64,000 bases of DNA from an uncultured Phycisphaerales bacterium (lineage in GTDB: Bacteria > Planctomycetota > Phycisphaerae > Tepidisphaerales > Tepidisphaeraceae). A program made the translations under genes and the position numbers. Of the stretch, positions 11,039 to 21,963 are shown piece after piece (the stretch's first letter is position 1; every line of letters begins with the position of its first letter). Under the pieces are notes generated by a model. That model did not search any database. It had not been told where the DNA came from and saw only the letters and a list, made by a program, of their open reading frames with translations. Location: positions 3,840,001-3,904,000 of the forward strand of contig CAVWVQ010000003.1 in assembly GCA_963758525.1 (NCBI GenBank), in the 5' to 3' direction.

Positions 11039-13188
11039 TCAATCAGACACTTCATACTGACCGCGCGAACGAATGTCCTTCGCCGAGCTTCCCGCCATCA
11101 CGTCGAACTTGCCCGCCTCGACGACGAACTTGTGCTGTTTAACGTCATAGATCGACATCCGATCCGCCGGCACCTCCTGCGTGACCGTTTGCTTTTCGCC
11201 GCGGTTCAGATGGACGCGGACAAATGCAATCAGCTTCTGATTCGGCTGCTTCACGCTGCATACCTTCTCATGAGCGTAAAATTGCACGACTTCATCGCCG
11301 GCGCGGGAGCCCGTGTTGGTCACCTCGACAGAGAGCGTGAGTTTGTCGCCTGGCTTCGCGTTTGCCGAGAAGAGTTTCAGATCGCCATATTTGAATGTTG
11401 TATAGCTCAGCCCGTGCCCGAAGGGGAACACCGGCTCCTTGTCGAAATACATGTACGTGTACCCGTGCGTGATGTCGTAATCCGTATCCGGCGGGACCTG
11501 GTCGGCCGATTCGTACACCGTGTACGGCAACCGCCCGCCGGGGTTGAAATCGCCCAGCAGCACGTCCGCGATGGCGTTGCCTCCTTCTTCGCCGGCATAC
11601 CACGCTTCGAGCATGGCCGGAACGTTGTCCCGGGCCCATTTCGTCGAAAGCGGGCCGGCGTTCATCAGCACGACGACGGTTTTCGGATTTGCCGCGTAGA
11701 CCGATTCAATCAACTTTTCCTGAGCTCCGGGCAGATTCAGGCCCTTTCGATCGCGGCCTTCGCCTTCTACCTTCAGGTTCGTACCGACGAAAACCAGCGC
11801 CACGTCCGCGCCCTTCGCCGCTTCGACGGCCTTTGCGATATCGTCGTCGTCCGTCTTGTTCGGCAGCATCTCGCAGCCGACCGCTGAACGAATTTCCACG
11901 CCATCTTTCAGGCGGTTCTTCAACCCCTCGAGCGGGTCGATCTTCTTCTGGCCCCTGGTGTAGATGTAGTAATTTCCATACTCCGGCGCAACCGACGCAG
12001 GGCCGATCACCGCAATCGTTTTAAGCTTCGATTTATCCAGCGGCAGGAAATTGTTCTTGTTCGTCAGCAACACCATCGACTCGCGGGCGCACTTCAGCGC
12101 CAACTCACGATGCTCCGGCGAATCGATCACCGATTCAGGAATTTTCGAGAACGGCACCATCTCCGGCGGATCGAATGCGCCGAGTCGAAACGCCACGGTC
12201 AACACGCGCTTCAGCGAGCGATTGAGCGTCTCCTCGGAGACCAGCTTCCGTTGCACTGCCGCCGGGATGTTCTTGCGATACTCTTCATCGTCGAGATCGC
12301 AGCCGGCGTTGATCGCCTGCGCGACGGCCTCCACCATGTCAGTGCTGATGTGATGCGCAGTCACGAGATCTTTAACGCCTCCCAAGTCGCAGACGATAAA
12401 GCCGTCCCAGCCCCACTGATCGCGTGGGATGTCGCTGATCAGCAGTTTGTTGATGGCGCACGGCACGCCGTTGATCGCGTTGTACGCCGCCATCATTGAA
12501 GTGGCATGTCCCTCGACGATGCAGTCGCGGAAGTGCGGCAGCCAGTATTCGTACAACATCCGCTCATCCACCTTTGCAGAGAGCGTGAGCCGGTCCTTCT
12601 CGACGTTGTTGACGGCATAGTGCTTGAGCGTCGCCGCGATTTTCAGGTATTTTGGATCGTCCCCCTGCAACCCCTTCACGTAGGCCACGCCCATGCGGCC
12701 GGTGAGGTACGGATCTTCACCATACTCTTCCTGAATTCGCCCCCAACGCGGGTTGCGGCTGATGTTGATCACGGGCCCGCGATACACCAGCCCCGCCGGC
12801 GTGCTCGGACCCATTGCGTGGATGTTGTACAGCGCCCGCGCTTCATCCGAGATCGCAACCGTCTCTTCGTGAACGAGCGGCGGGTCCCACGTCGCGCCCA
12901 TGGCGATGGAAACGGGAAACACCGTCGTGGTCCGCGTCTTGGACATGACGCCGTGCAGGCACTGATTCCACCCGCCCCACGCCGGCACCTTCAACCGCGC
13001 AATGTCCGATGCCTTATGATCCAGCTCGGCCGCTTTCTCCTCGAGCGTCATCTTCGAGATCAGGTCATCGACACGTTTGCCGATCGGCTGCGTCGGATCC
13101 AGATACAGCGGCGCGGGCTCGGCGCGCGCCGGGAAGCAAGAAATATGGCGACTGTTGAGAAGACTACTAACGCTGGTTTGAGATTCAT
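11039..13188 (-). CDS. Secreted GH3 beta-glucosidase/xylosidase (frameshift in signal region near 13131)
   Basis: RNPRWGRIQEEYGEDP, KHYA, GFIVCD, GEGRDR, PFGHGLSYT, Fn3-like C-terminus; ATG 13188 joins LYLDPTQPIGKRVDDLISKMTLEE after a 1-nt correction. Confidence 0.92.
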
Positions 13189-13243
13189 GAGAAATGCTCC
13201 ACTGATTGGTTTGAATATGAGTACGTTGCGCCGGGGTCTCGTT

Positions 13244-15384
13244 TCACGGACTCCGTGGTGTCACGGAATCGTCTGGTGAGTCGGGGCTTTCGCCCGCGGA
13301 GTTCGTGGCGCTCACCACGTAATAGTACGTCTCCCCGTTTTTCATCCCCTTGTCGACCAGACTCGTGCCTTGCACGGCGGCGACGGTGTGATAAGGGCCG
13401 CCCTTGGCCATGGAACGCTTGACGTTGTAACTCGTCGCGCCGAATGCCTCGAGCCAGCGCAGCGGAACCTGCCCGTCTCCCGGCCCACCATAGATGGCAA
13501 AAGGCGCCGCGGGCTTTTTGACCTGCTCGACTCCGCCCCCGCCGGTCATCCGCACGCTGTCGAATGTCGCTGTGGTGGGCTTTCCGTTGATGGTGGAACA
13601 TACAAACAGGCCAAGGCACGCGGTCTTGCCCATGTCCGGAAACAGTCCGTCCTCAATGGGGGTCCAACTGGCGCCGTCTGGCGAATGCCAGCAAGTGATG
13701 CGCTCGCCCACGCGCTCCAGTTTCAGCCAGTGAGGGATGGCCGCGTTCTCGTGCGACTGCGATGAGCTGTCATGACTGGAATGCGAGAAGCCCCGCAAAT
13801 CCGTCTCGACGCCCGGGCCTTTATCCCTGGCGTTGGGTGTTGACCATACCGCCATTCTCGCGGCCTTCGGCTGCAGCGAGTCGCGGATCATGAGGCCTGC
13901 CATTGTGAAATTCTGCACTTCCTCGACGGAGGTCACTTTCGCGATGAGGGTGGCGTCGCCCGTCACCTTCCGGTAGGCAAAATGGCAACTGTCATCCCCT
14001 CGCCAGGCCCATTTCCACCACGGGGGATTCAACATCCCGGCGGTTCCACCCCCTCGAATCGTCCACGTGCCTCCGGCAAAGGCGCCGACGCCGCGCGGCG
14101 ATGCATCGCCGATCTCGACGTTATCCAGGCCCGCGGTCAGTGGCTCGGTCGACGCCGGCGCGGGCATGGGGGCGCGGGAAGCGCCTTCGAATGATCCGTG
14201 ATTTTGTAGTACACAAAGCTGTCGCCTTCGAACGGGTTGGCGTCCATGGCCTGGTCGCTGAAAGGTGCGCCCAGTCCCATTCTGATCGTATAAGCCTTGT
14301 GAATCATGCATGCGATCCAGGGTGACGCTTTCGCGGGCGGACCGCCGTGGGCCGGATAGAAGCTGTACTTTGTCCCGAAGGGCATCCATGGTGTGGGGTA
14401 GTTCAGGTTGTAGCGGGCGTAGAACTCGCCCATCGTCAGCAGGCGGTTTTCCCGTGCCGAATACACGTCAACGCCTTGTTTCCAAAAGATCTCCGCGGCC
14501 AGCAACGTCTTGGCGAGTTCGCCGGCCGCGTGGCCCTGATCGCGCCCGCTGTCGCCGATCTCCCCGTTCGGCAGCGAGTCGGTCAACCCCGTCTCCGGGT
14601 CGGACAAAAACATCCGCACGCAATCATTGAACATCTGCCAGTCGTCCAGGAACACGGAGACGCAGACATAATTGATCAATTGCAACGAGCCCTGGTTTGC
14701 GGAGCGCAACGGATTGGTCGACCATTCGCGCGCGTAGAGGTTTCTGAAATAGGTCTTGCAGAGCGCGGTGTCTTCTTGCGTCCAGCCCGGCCACGTACCG
14801 CGCAGGATATCCGCGCCGCCGAGGATGGGCCCGGCGTAATCCCCCAGCGACAGATACATCTCCGCGCCGCCAAAACTTTTCTGCCCCGTCACGTACGCCA
14901 TCAGAACGTCGTGGCCCTGTTTCGCGTAAGCCTCGTTGCGCGTGAGATACCACAGAAGCGAGTCCTTATAGAAAGCATCCATGTCCCGCTTCCACGCGGT
15001 GAGATGGATGTCGGGCGTCCGGCAAACGGTGTCGAACGGTCCGTTCATTTTGCGGCCAAGCTGAGATGCGCGGTCGCTCTTGAGCGCCTCGAACGCGGAT
15101 TTCCATGGCTCGCGGCCGATGTTTCGCTTGACCTCGTCGAGGTCCTCTTTCGTGAGCGGAATGCCGGGATGGATGAATGTCCGCGGACCCAGGCTGATTG
15201 GGGCTCCGCGCGTGCGCCCGGCAGGCGAAGAACTCAAGCTCGCAGTCTCAGCCGGCGCGGCATTCGTCAGTCCCTGCGCCCACGATACCGTTGGAGAGGA
15301 CAGGCAAAAGAGCACCACGGGGAGCGGTCCGAGCCAAAAGTACCGGATCGGAAAAGGACGAAAGTTGTGGGAAGATAGTTGCAT
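13244..15384 (-). CDS. Secreted alginate-lyase-like (alpha/alpha) protein with beta-sandwich and FN3 domains (frameshift near 14175)
   Basis: FIHPGI, ANQG, DSGRDQGH, ENRLL motifs; C-terminal GATSYNVKRS...YYYVVSATNSAGES FN3. Confidence 0.75.
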
Positions 15385-15406
15385 TGTGTTACTCAGTCCT
15401 TAGTTG

Positions 15407-16561
15407 TTACTGCGGCACGATTGCGCCGACCACCGCTCGCATGACGAGCCCCGCGGGGATACTCCCCGGCATGTCGGGTCCGATTTCTCCGCTGTCATAC
15501 ATTCCGAAAATCGCTGGCCCGACCGACCCATTCGAGATCGCGCTGAATTCCTCCGCGAAGTTCCCTGCTTTCACCATCTCCCGGCGGCGGTAATGATCTT
15601 CAAAGAAAAACACCATTGAGGCCTTTCCATTGCTTCCCGACAGGACCGTCTGCAACAGATCGCCGGCAGCTTTGGTGGATTTATCCTTCGTGCTCCCGGT
15701 AACGACTTTGAACTTTCCCGTGATAAGAATGGCGATGTTGGTGCCCTTGACGGTTTCGCCCCCGACGATCTGCCTCGTGTCCGGCCCGCCGGAGGCGCCG
15801 CCGATCATGTTGACATTTCCGTCCTTATCGAGAGCCTCGGCGAGGCCTTTCGCAAATGAAAGATTGTCTCCCGCATGCTGACTGCCAAAAGTAATGAGAA
15901 GCTTTCCGGGGTCGGACGATTCATACGCAGCCTTGAGGGCGTCACCGATGGTTTTCCCATTGTCGTGGAGGGCCTTTGGCCGCTCTCCCTTGGCAAATGG
16001 AGCGATCGGAGCCGCCGCGGGAGTCACGGTGCAATCCCCACCGATTGCCATCACCGCAATCCCATGCGGAATGTCGGCGCCTTGCTCCGTGAAATTTCCT
16101 TCCTGGGTGATTGGAGAGGCGGCTTCACAACCATAAATGATCTTCTCGTCAAAAACCGTGGCCACGCCCTCCACCACCTCCGCACCGAATTGCGGCTTGG
16201 CGCAAAAGACGATAACCATCTTGGCTTCCTGCCCGCCGAGGGCGGCCCTGGCTTTCGTGGCAGCTTCTGTGCCGGCGGCTTTCGGATCCGGCAGCGCGGA
16301 CTGTCCGGTGGTGAATACAGGAATCGATGAGGTAGGCGGACTGGGCTCGGCTGCCGATGTTGGCGCTGTACATAGAAGAGCCATGCCATAAATGAGCGAA
16401 GCGACCAGCCGCGCAAGCTGATGGGAGAAATATCTAACAAGCACGGGTGCTCCTTGTCGGGATGGTTGCCGAGGGCAAATGGGAAACAATTGGAGTTTGA
16501 ACGGCTGCGTGCGGGAAGTCGTACGCCATGCGCCGTCGATCAGGATGCTGTGTTGTTTCAT
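15407..16561 (-). CDS. FIST-domain protein, probably exported (start uncertain)
   Basis: AGTEAATKARAAL, GGASG and FGMYDSGEIGP resemble FIST_N/FIST_C; signal-like segment ends TSAA. Confidence 0.65.
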   Translation of the reverse strand: MKQHSILIDGAWRTTSRTQPFKLQLFPICPRQPSRQGAPVLVRYFSHQLARLVASLIYGMALLCTAPTSAAEPSPPTSSIPVFTTGQSALPDPKAAGTEAATKARAALGGQEAKMVIVFCAKPQFGAEVVEGVATVFDEKIIYGCEAASPITQEGNFTEQGADIPHGIAVMAIGGDCTVTPAAAPIAPFAKGERPKALHDNGKTIGDALKAAYESSDPGKLLITFGSQHAGDNLSFAKGLAEALDKDGNVNMIGGASGGPDTRQIVGGETVKGTNIAILITGKFKVVTGSTKDKSTKAAGDLLQTVLSGSNGKASMVFFFEDHYRRREMVKAGNFAEEFSAISNGSVGPAIFGMYDSGEIGPDMPGSIPAGLVMRAVVGAIVPQ

Positions 16562-16574
16562 CGTTAAGCTCCGC

Positions 16575-18893
16575 TCAGTGTCGCTCGGCTGCGGGCATTT
16601 CATTGATCCAGCGGGTCAGTAAGTCGATGGCTCCCGGATCCAACTGATGCGTGGCCAGCGGCGGCATGCGCGGCACGCCGTCGCCCTTCAACCGCTTGAG
16701 CACCATCGAATGCCGGGGATCATGCGGCGCCGCCCAGCGATTGGCCGGGTCGTCGCCAGTGCGAACCAGCGCCCCATTGACGAGGTTTGCCTCGGCAAGT
16801 GACAGCGTCGGCCGGGCGTCAAAATTTCCCTGCGACGCGCCGCCCGGCTGATGGCACTGCACGCAATTCACCGCGAGATACGAGCGGACGCGATACTCCA
16901 GACTCTGCGTCTGGTCATCAGCTCGCGCAAAGACCGGCAGGCCCGCTGCCTCCGCCGGCGGGTTGGAGAAATATCCCGCCTTGGCCATCGCTTCGATCTG
17001 ATTAACCTCGCTCCCTGCGCTATTCACCGCGAAGGCAAGTTGGCGGGTGTTGAACCCCAGCGCATATCCCGCGACGGGTGAGTGGCAGGTCCGACATTCG
17101 CTGCGACTGGGATATCGCCATTGCTGCCGGGCCGGCTTGCCGCCGACCTGCAGTTTTATCGTTTCATCCAGCCCCGCCTCGGGAACCAGGTCGGCATCGG
17201 ATTGGTCCGGCCGCCACTTGTAGGTGATGCCGTAGACGCCATCGGTGGTCTTCACAAGGAACCGCGTCTCCAGCCGCCTTCGCGAAGACGGGTCGCCGCG
17301 CCGTGTCTCGATCTCGAAATGCTTGACCCACACCATTCCCGCCGGAAATGTCCAGTTTCCATCGCGGCTGAACTGCATCCTCGGCGCCGACCGCGGCAGG
17401 TAAAACCATCGCGTTTTGATCGCGTAATCCGACCAGAACGCCACCCTCGGCGTGTAAGCCATCAGTTCATCCGCCGGCGTCAGCGTCTTCAAATCGGCGA
17501 ACGCGCCGGTCTGCGACAGGAGCGCGGGGGGATTGATCCCCTGCGTCGATTTGTGCACCAGACGATCGATCGTGCCCTTGCCATAATCGGCGAGCAACAC
17601 GCCGCCGTCGCGCGGATCAACGCCAAACGCAGTCACCCCGCCGTCGGTGTACCCCAGCCTCTGGCATTCCCACTTTCCTTCATGCTCGCGCAACGCCCAG
17701 ATATGCCGATCGGTGTAATCGCAGAAAAGGTACTGACCCTCGAGCTCCTTAAATTCGCTTCCGCGATACACAAACCCGCCGATGATGCATTTGCCGTTGA
17801 AAGGCGTGTCTGGATTGTGCCCGTATTCATAAATCGGTGCGATGGTCTTCACGTCGGCCGGCTTGCTGTTCAGCCGCGGGCCGTCGTGCGTGCCTTCAAA
17901 AAAGCTCCAGCCGTAATCCCCGCCCTTTTGCAGGAGATCGATCTCCTCCCAAAGATCCTGCCCCACATCAGCGATGAACCACCGCCCCGTTGGCTCGTCA
18001 TACGAGAATTGCCACGCGTTGCGGAGACCGGTCGCGTAGATCTCGGTGCGAATCTGATGAGGATCAAGGGGACGGTCATCGTGCGTTGCGGCATTGATGA
18101 ACGGATTGTCCGGCGGGACCGCGTAGGCGTCAGGATTGACCGCCGACGGAAAGGTCACTGAGGGCTGCGAGTGCGGATTAGGCGGCAGGCTGCCGGGCCG
18201 CTTATCCACGTCGATTCGAAAGATGGCGGCGAAGAAATTCTTGTCGATAAAGCGGGCGTTGTTGTAGCGATCGTTGGCGTCCCCCTCGTCGCCGTTGGAA
18301 AAGTAAAGATATCCGTCCGGTCCGAACTTCATGCAGCCGCCGTTGTGATTCGCCGCGTGATCCAGTTGGGTAATCAGCGGCAACTCACTGTCGGGGTCGG
18401 CCTTGTTGGGGTCATCCTTTGCAACGGAAAATCGGGAGAGCCGGTCGAATGTCAGCTTCTTGCCCCCTTCCTCGATGGTGAAATCGTAGGTGATGAAAAA
18501 GTAGCCGTTCTCCTGGTATTTCGGATGAAAGGCTATTCCCAGCAGGCCCCATTCGACCTTTTGCGCAAGCGTCCCTGCATGCTTTGCGTTGAGCATCGCC
18601 GGCAGATCGAGAAAGACTTCTTTCTTCGGCGTTGCCTTCAAATCCGTGACGACGATCACCCGGCCGGTTTTCTCGCAGACAAAGAGACGCTGCGTCTCTC
18701 CCGGCGGCGTCTTGATACAGAGCGGCTGGTCAAACACCAGTCCCAGCGCATCTTCCGTGCCGTACCCCGTCTCCGAAGGCAACTCTGGCGGAAGTTGCGG
18801 AACGATCGATCGGCCCGGGTCACCAAACACCAACGGCAATATCGCCAGGACGGCTGCCGTGAGGGAAATGGCGGCGAATTGTGTCCTGCGCAT
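16575..18893 (-). CDS. PQQ-dependent sugar dehydrogenase (GSDH-type propeller) with two c-type haem motifs
   Basis: GLLGIAFHP, NHNGG-FGPDGYLY, GLRNAW, DVGQDLWEE; CRTCH and CVQCH. Confidence 0.9.
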   Translation of the reverse strand: MRRTQFAAISLTAAVLAILPLVFGDPGRSIVPQLPPELPSETGYGTEDALGLVFDQPLCIKTPPGETQRLFVCEKTGRVIVVTDLKATPKKEVFLDLPAMLNAKHAGTLAQKVEWGLLGIAFHPKYQENGYFFITYDFTIEEGGKKLTFDRLSRFSVAKDDPNKADPDSELPLITQLDHAANHNGGCMKFGPDGYLYFSNGDEGDANDRYNNARFIDKNFFAAIFRIDVDKRPGSLPPNPHSQPSVTFPSAVNPDAYAVPPDNPFINAATHDDRPLDPHQIRTEIYATGLRNAWQFSYDEPTGRWFIADVGQDLWEEIDLLQKGGDYGWSFFEGTHDGPRLNSKPADVKTIAPIYEYGHNPDTPFNGKCIIGGFVYRGSEFKELEGQYLFCDYTDRHIWALREHEGKWECQRLGYTDGGVTAFGVDPRDGGVLLADYGKGTIDRLVHKSTQGINPPALLSQTGAFADLKTLTPADELMAYTPRVAFWSDYAIKTRWFYLPRSAPRMQFSRDGNWTFPAGMVWVKHFEIETRRGDPSSRRRLETRFLVKTTDGVYGITYKWRPDQSDADLVPEAGLDETIKLQVGGKPARQQWRYPSRSECRTCHSPVAGYALGFNTRQLAFAVNSAGSEVNQIEAMAKAGYFSNPPAEAAGLPVFARADDQTQSLEYRVRSYLAVNCVQCHQPGGASQGNFDARPTLSLAEANLVNGALVRTGDDPANRWAAPHDPRHSMVLKRLKGDGVPRMPPLATHQLDPGAIDLLTRWINEMPAAERH

Positions 18894-18993
18894 ACTCGGA
18901 CCATCCAGAAGCGGCGCGTAACCAGATGAGTGCCGCCCACCGCGCAGCTTCGCAACTTTGGTCAGCAGCAGCGCAAAAGTCCCGCAAAGTTCA

Positions 18994-19488
18994 TTAAATC
19001 CCGGGCACGACCGCGAGGGGTCGTTCTCCATTAGGACAGGCCACGTCGCTGATCGCGGTGCCTTCGACACTACCGAGTGCGACCCACCTGGGATCGCCTG
19101 GCCTCTTCACTTCCATCGCGCCGACAGACTTGCTGCGTGCGATGCCCGCTTTGACGGCATCCCCGGTGCTTTCCATCGGACCTTGCGACTTCTCATCGGG
19201 ATTCTGGCGGGCGAGATAGCCGACAAACGTCGCGCGCGAGCCGGTGCACCGATAGACGTACGCCCGATAGGCGGGCTTTCCCTCGTGGTCAAAGGGGCTG
19301 GATTTCCCCAGTTCATCCACGAAATAGTTCTTGCCGTCATCGTCGGAGTAAAAAGCCTGCGTGATCCGCGTGCCTCGCCCCGGACCGAATGATCGGCGCA
19401 AGGAAAGACTCAGGGCCAGTGCAACCACGACCACCATCGCTCCCAACGTTAGCGCCCGGTGGCGGTTGATCATTTCTCTCATTTGCAT
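18994..19488 (-). CDS. Membrane-anchored hypothetical protein downstream of DUF1559 gene (copy A)
   Basis: N-terminal TM; AFYSDDDGK...PFDHEGKPAYRAYVYRC; paralogue at 34226..34719. Confidence 0.8.
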   Translation of the reverse strand: MQMREMINRHRALTLGAMVVVVALALSLSLRRSFGPGRGTRITQAFYSDDDGKNYFVDELGKSSPFDHEGKPAYRAYVYRCTGSRATFVGYLARQNPDEKSQGPMESTGDAVKAGIARSKSVGAMEVKRPGDPRWVALGSVEGTAISDVACPNGERPLAVVPGI

Positions 19489-19502
19489 GGTCCGCCCTGA
19501 AT

Positions 19503-20546
19503 TCAGTTAATCCCCAGCCCGCCCTCTGTGTTCGTGGGATTGAACATGTCTCCTTCGTTCGGCTGCATCATGCTGTCATTTGGATTCGCCAGAACCCAGG
19601 GGTTGGGCGTCTGGGCGGCAGTTGTCCACTTATTGGCCAGACCAGTGGTGCCCGAACCGAGACAGGTCGTGTAGATGTTGTCCTGGTTGTAGCCTGCGAA
19701 GGCCGTGGGCGACCACTCGCAATGACCGTCGGCGAACAAAACGTTCTGCCCTTTCTTGTTGTGGTTTCTGCTGTTGGCCATCATCTGCAGTTGGGGGCCA
19801 TCGGTGGGTGTCGACGGTCCATTGGATCCATATAAGCCGCTGTGGGAGACACAGCAGCAGTCGGAGTACTTTTCGCCGGGATTCAGGTCCGCCATGATTG
19901 CGAAGCCGGGATTTGCCGCGATGCCCCATCGGTAACCAATCTTCCAGGCGGTGGTCGGAGGGAATGGAAGTGAAACGCTGTAGCTGAGATTGTAGACGGA
20001 GCTGAAGTTGGATCGATGCTGCGGATCCGTGGATGCGCCGGCAACCCCGAAGGTGTTGCTGAAGTCATCGGGATACATGTCATAGCGACCCGGGCAGATG
20101 AAAAGGGCCGACGGAAGCTGATAGGTCCGAAGCAGCAGAAAGAGACACCCCGTTACGTCATTGTCGCCCGGGCGCTTGGCAACCTGCCAGGGAGGGAGCA
20201 CGTCATCGGCAAAGAGATTGGTCGCATTGGCAAATGGACTGTTGGCAATCGGATCAGAGAAACCGCGCAGCCCGGCCCAGGTGTCGGGATGGGGGGGACT
20301 GCTGGCGTAGAAAAGATCCGGGAAATAGACCCCGCGCGGGAACGAGCCCTTGTTGTCGTTGGCGTACATGACCATCGCCTGGCCCAGCTGCCGCAGGTTG
20401 CTCATGCAGGCCACCCGCCGAGCGTCGAACCTGGCCCCGGCCAGCGCCGGCAACAGCAGCGCAATCAGCAGCGCGATGATACCGATCACTACCAAAAGCT
20501 CGACCAGCGTAAATCCAGCACGCCGTTGTCCGGTTCTCGCAGACAT
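19503..20546 (-). CDS. Prepilin-type DUF1559 / H-X9-DG protein (copy A)
   Basis: [59 protein letters not shown]. Confidence 0.93.
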   Translation of the reverse strand: MSARTGQRRAGFTLVELLVVIGIIALLIALLLPALAGARFDARRVACMSNLRQLGQAMVMYANDNKGSFPRGVYFPDLFYASSPPHPDTWAGLRGFSDPIANSPFANATNLFADDVLPPWQVAKRPGDNDVTGCLFLLLRTYQLPSALFICPGRYDMYPDDFSNTFGVAGASTDPQHRSNFSSVYNLSYSVSLPFPPTTAWKIGYRWGIAANPGFAIMADLNPGEKYSDCCCVSHSGLYGSNGPSTPTDGPQLQMMANSRNHNKKGQNVLFADGHCEWSPTAFAGYNQDNIYTTCLGSGTTGLANKWTTAAQTPNPWVLANPNDSMMQPNEGDMFNPTNTEGGLGIN

Positions 20547-20611
20547 GTCAACTCCTCCAATTGCGGCTTGTGACAGGGAGTCATTGCGGCTGACTGCTGT
20601 GTCCAGTTACC

Positions 20612-20669
20612 AGCGTACCCGATATCGTGCAGTCGCGCCTGCGATTTTGCGGCTCCTTGCTACGAAATT
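20612..20669 (-). promoter_or_regulatory. Conserved upstream block of DUF1559 copy A (putative promoter/operator)
   Basis: gccgcaaaatcgcaggcgcgactgcacgat shared with 31330-31387; ends in -10-like TACGCT. Confidence 0.5.
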
Positions 20670-20715
20670 CAGGGTCATTGCCCGTCAAAACGTGAATCGC
20701 GTCATCGTTTCACGC

Positions 20716-21768
20716 TCAGATCGCAAGAGCCGGTTCCCTCGCGGGCGCACTCGCCTTGCCCGCGGGTCGATGCGAGGTTCGCATCACCGACTCCCGTTTC
20801 AGGCCGTATACCAAAGGCTGACCCGCAAGATATCGCCGCAGTTCCTCCACCATGTATCGTCCCATCCGCCCGCACTCCGCGCCGGCCGAGCCGGCGATGT
20901 GCGGCGTGAGCACCACGTTCTCCAATGTATAGAGAGGCGAATCGGCCGCGGGAGGTTCGGGGTAGGTGACGTCCAGCACCGCCTGCAGATCAGCCCGGCT
21001 GGAGAGAATCTCGATCATCTCCTCCTCGCGCACCAACTCGCCGCGCGCTGTGTTAACGAAAGTCGCTCCCCGCTTCATGGACGCAATGTGCTGGCCGGTG
21101 ATCATTCCCCGCGTTTCTGGGAATGACGGGGTGTGGAGCGAGACCACATCGGATCGCTGGAACAGAGCTTCCAGTGATACCAGCTCCACATCCAGCGCCG
21201 CCGCGTCATGCTCAGCGACGAATGGGTCGTACACCAGCACGTTCAAATCAAATGGCCGAAGCAACTCCAGCAATTTCCTGGCGATTGCCCCCAGCGAGAT
21301 GAGCCCGACGGTGCTCCCGTAACATCCCGGAACGTGATTCCGATCGGGATGGCAGCGGACCGCCCGCGTCATTCTCGCCAGCTTCCACCCGTGCTTGAGA
21401 GAAAAGAGGATGGTGGCCAGCGCGTACTCGGCGACCGGAACCGCGTTGGCTTCGAGCGCGCTGGTCACGACAATGTCGCGCTCCCAGACTGCGGGAGTGA
21501 GAATGTACCCCATCGAACCGGCGCCATAGAAGATGGCCTTGAGGCTTGGCGCGATGGCAAAAAACGCCTCGTTGAGAACAGGTCCCTGCCAGCCGGAAAA
21601 GATGAGATCCGCTCGAGCCAGCAGATCAGGCCGCGCCAGCGCGTCGGCCGCCGAGAGGGGAGGAGCCATGATCTCCACCATCGCCGCGATGTCGCGCTGC
21701 TCATCGGGGCCATAGATCAGCCCGAAGGAGTTGGGATCGAGAATATAGAGGCCGCTTTGTCCAGACAT
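20716..21768 (-). CDS. D-isomer-specific 2-hydroxyacid dehydrogenase
   Basis: VGLISLGAIA, SDVVSLHTP, FVNTARG, LDVT-PEP, LTPHIAG. Confidence 0.92.
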   Translation of the reverse strand: MSGQSGLYILDPNSFGLIYGPDEQRDIAAMVEIMAPPLSAADALARPDLLARADLIFSGWQGPVLNEAFFAIAPSLKAIFYGAGSMGYILTPAVWERDIVVTSALEANAVPVAEYALATILFSLKHGWKLARMTRAVRCHPDRNHVPGCYGSTVGLISLGAIARKLLELLRPFDLNVLVYDPFVAEHDAAALDVELVSLEALFQRSDVVSLHTPSFPETRGMITGQHIASMKRGATFVNTARGELVREEEMIEILSSRADLQAVLDVTYPEPPAADSPLYTLENVVLTPHIAGSAGAECGRMGRYMVEELRRYLAGQPLVYGLKRESVMRTSHRPAGKASAPAREPALAI

Positions 21769-21963
21769 TGAGAAAGCCTTCCGGAACGTCAGGAGACTTC
21801 TTAGCCGCGCCGCGAAGCGCGTGGAGCGACGTTTTCCGGACGCGCCGCAAAGAACTAACCGATGCGGACGCGCGTTCTTTCCCCCTCCCCTGGTACTCCG
21901 GGGGAGGGCTGGGGTGGGGGTGGCGCAGTTCACTAAACCGGCCCTTACAACCGAACGCACATG

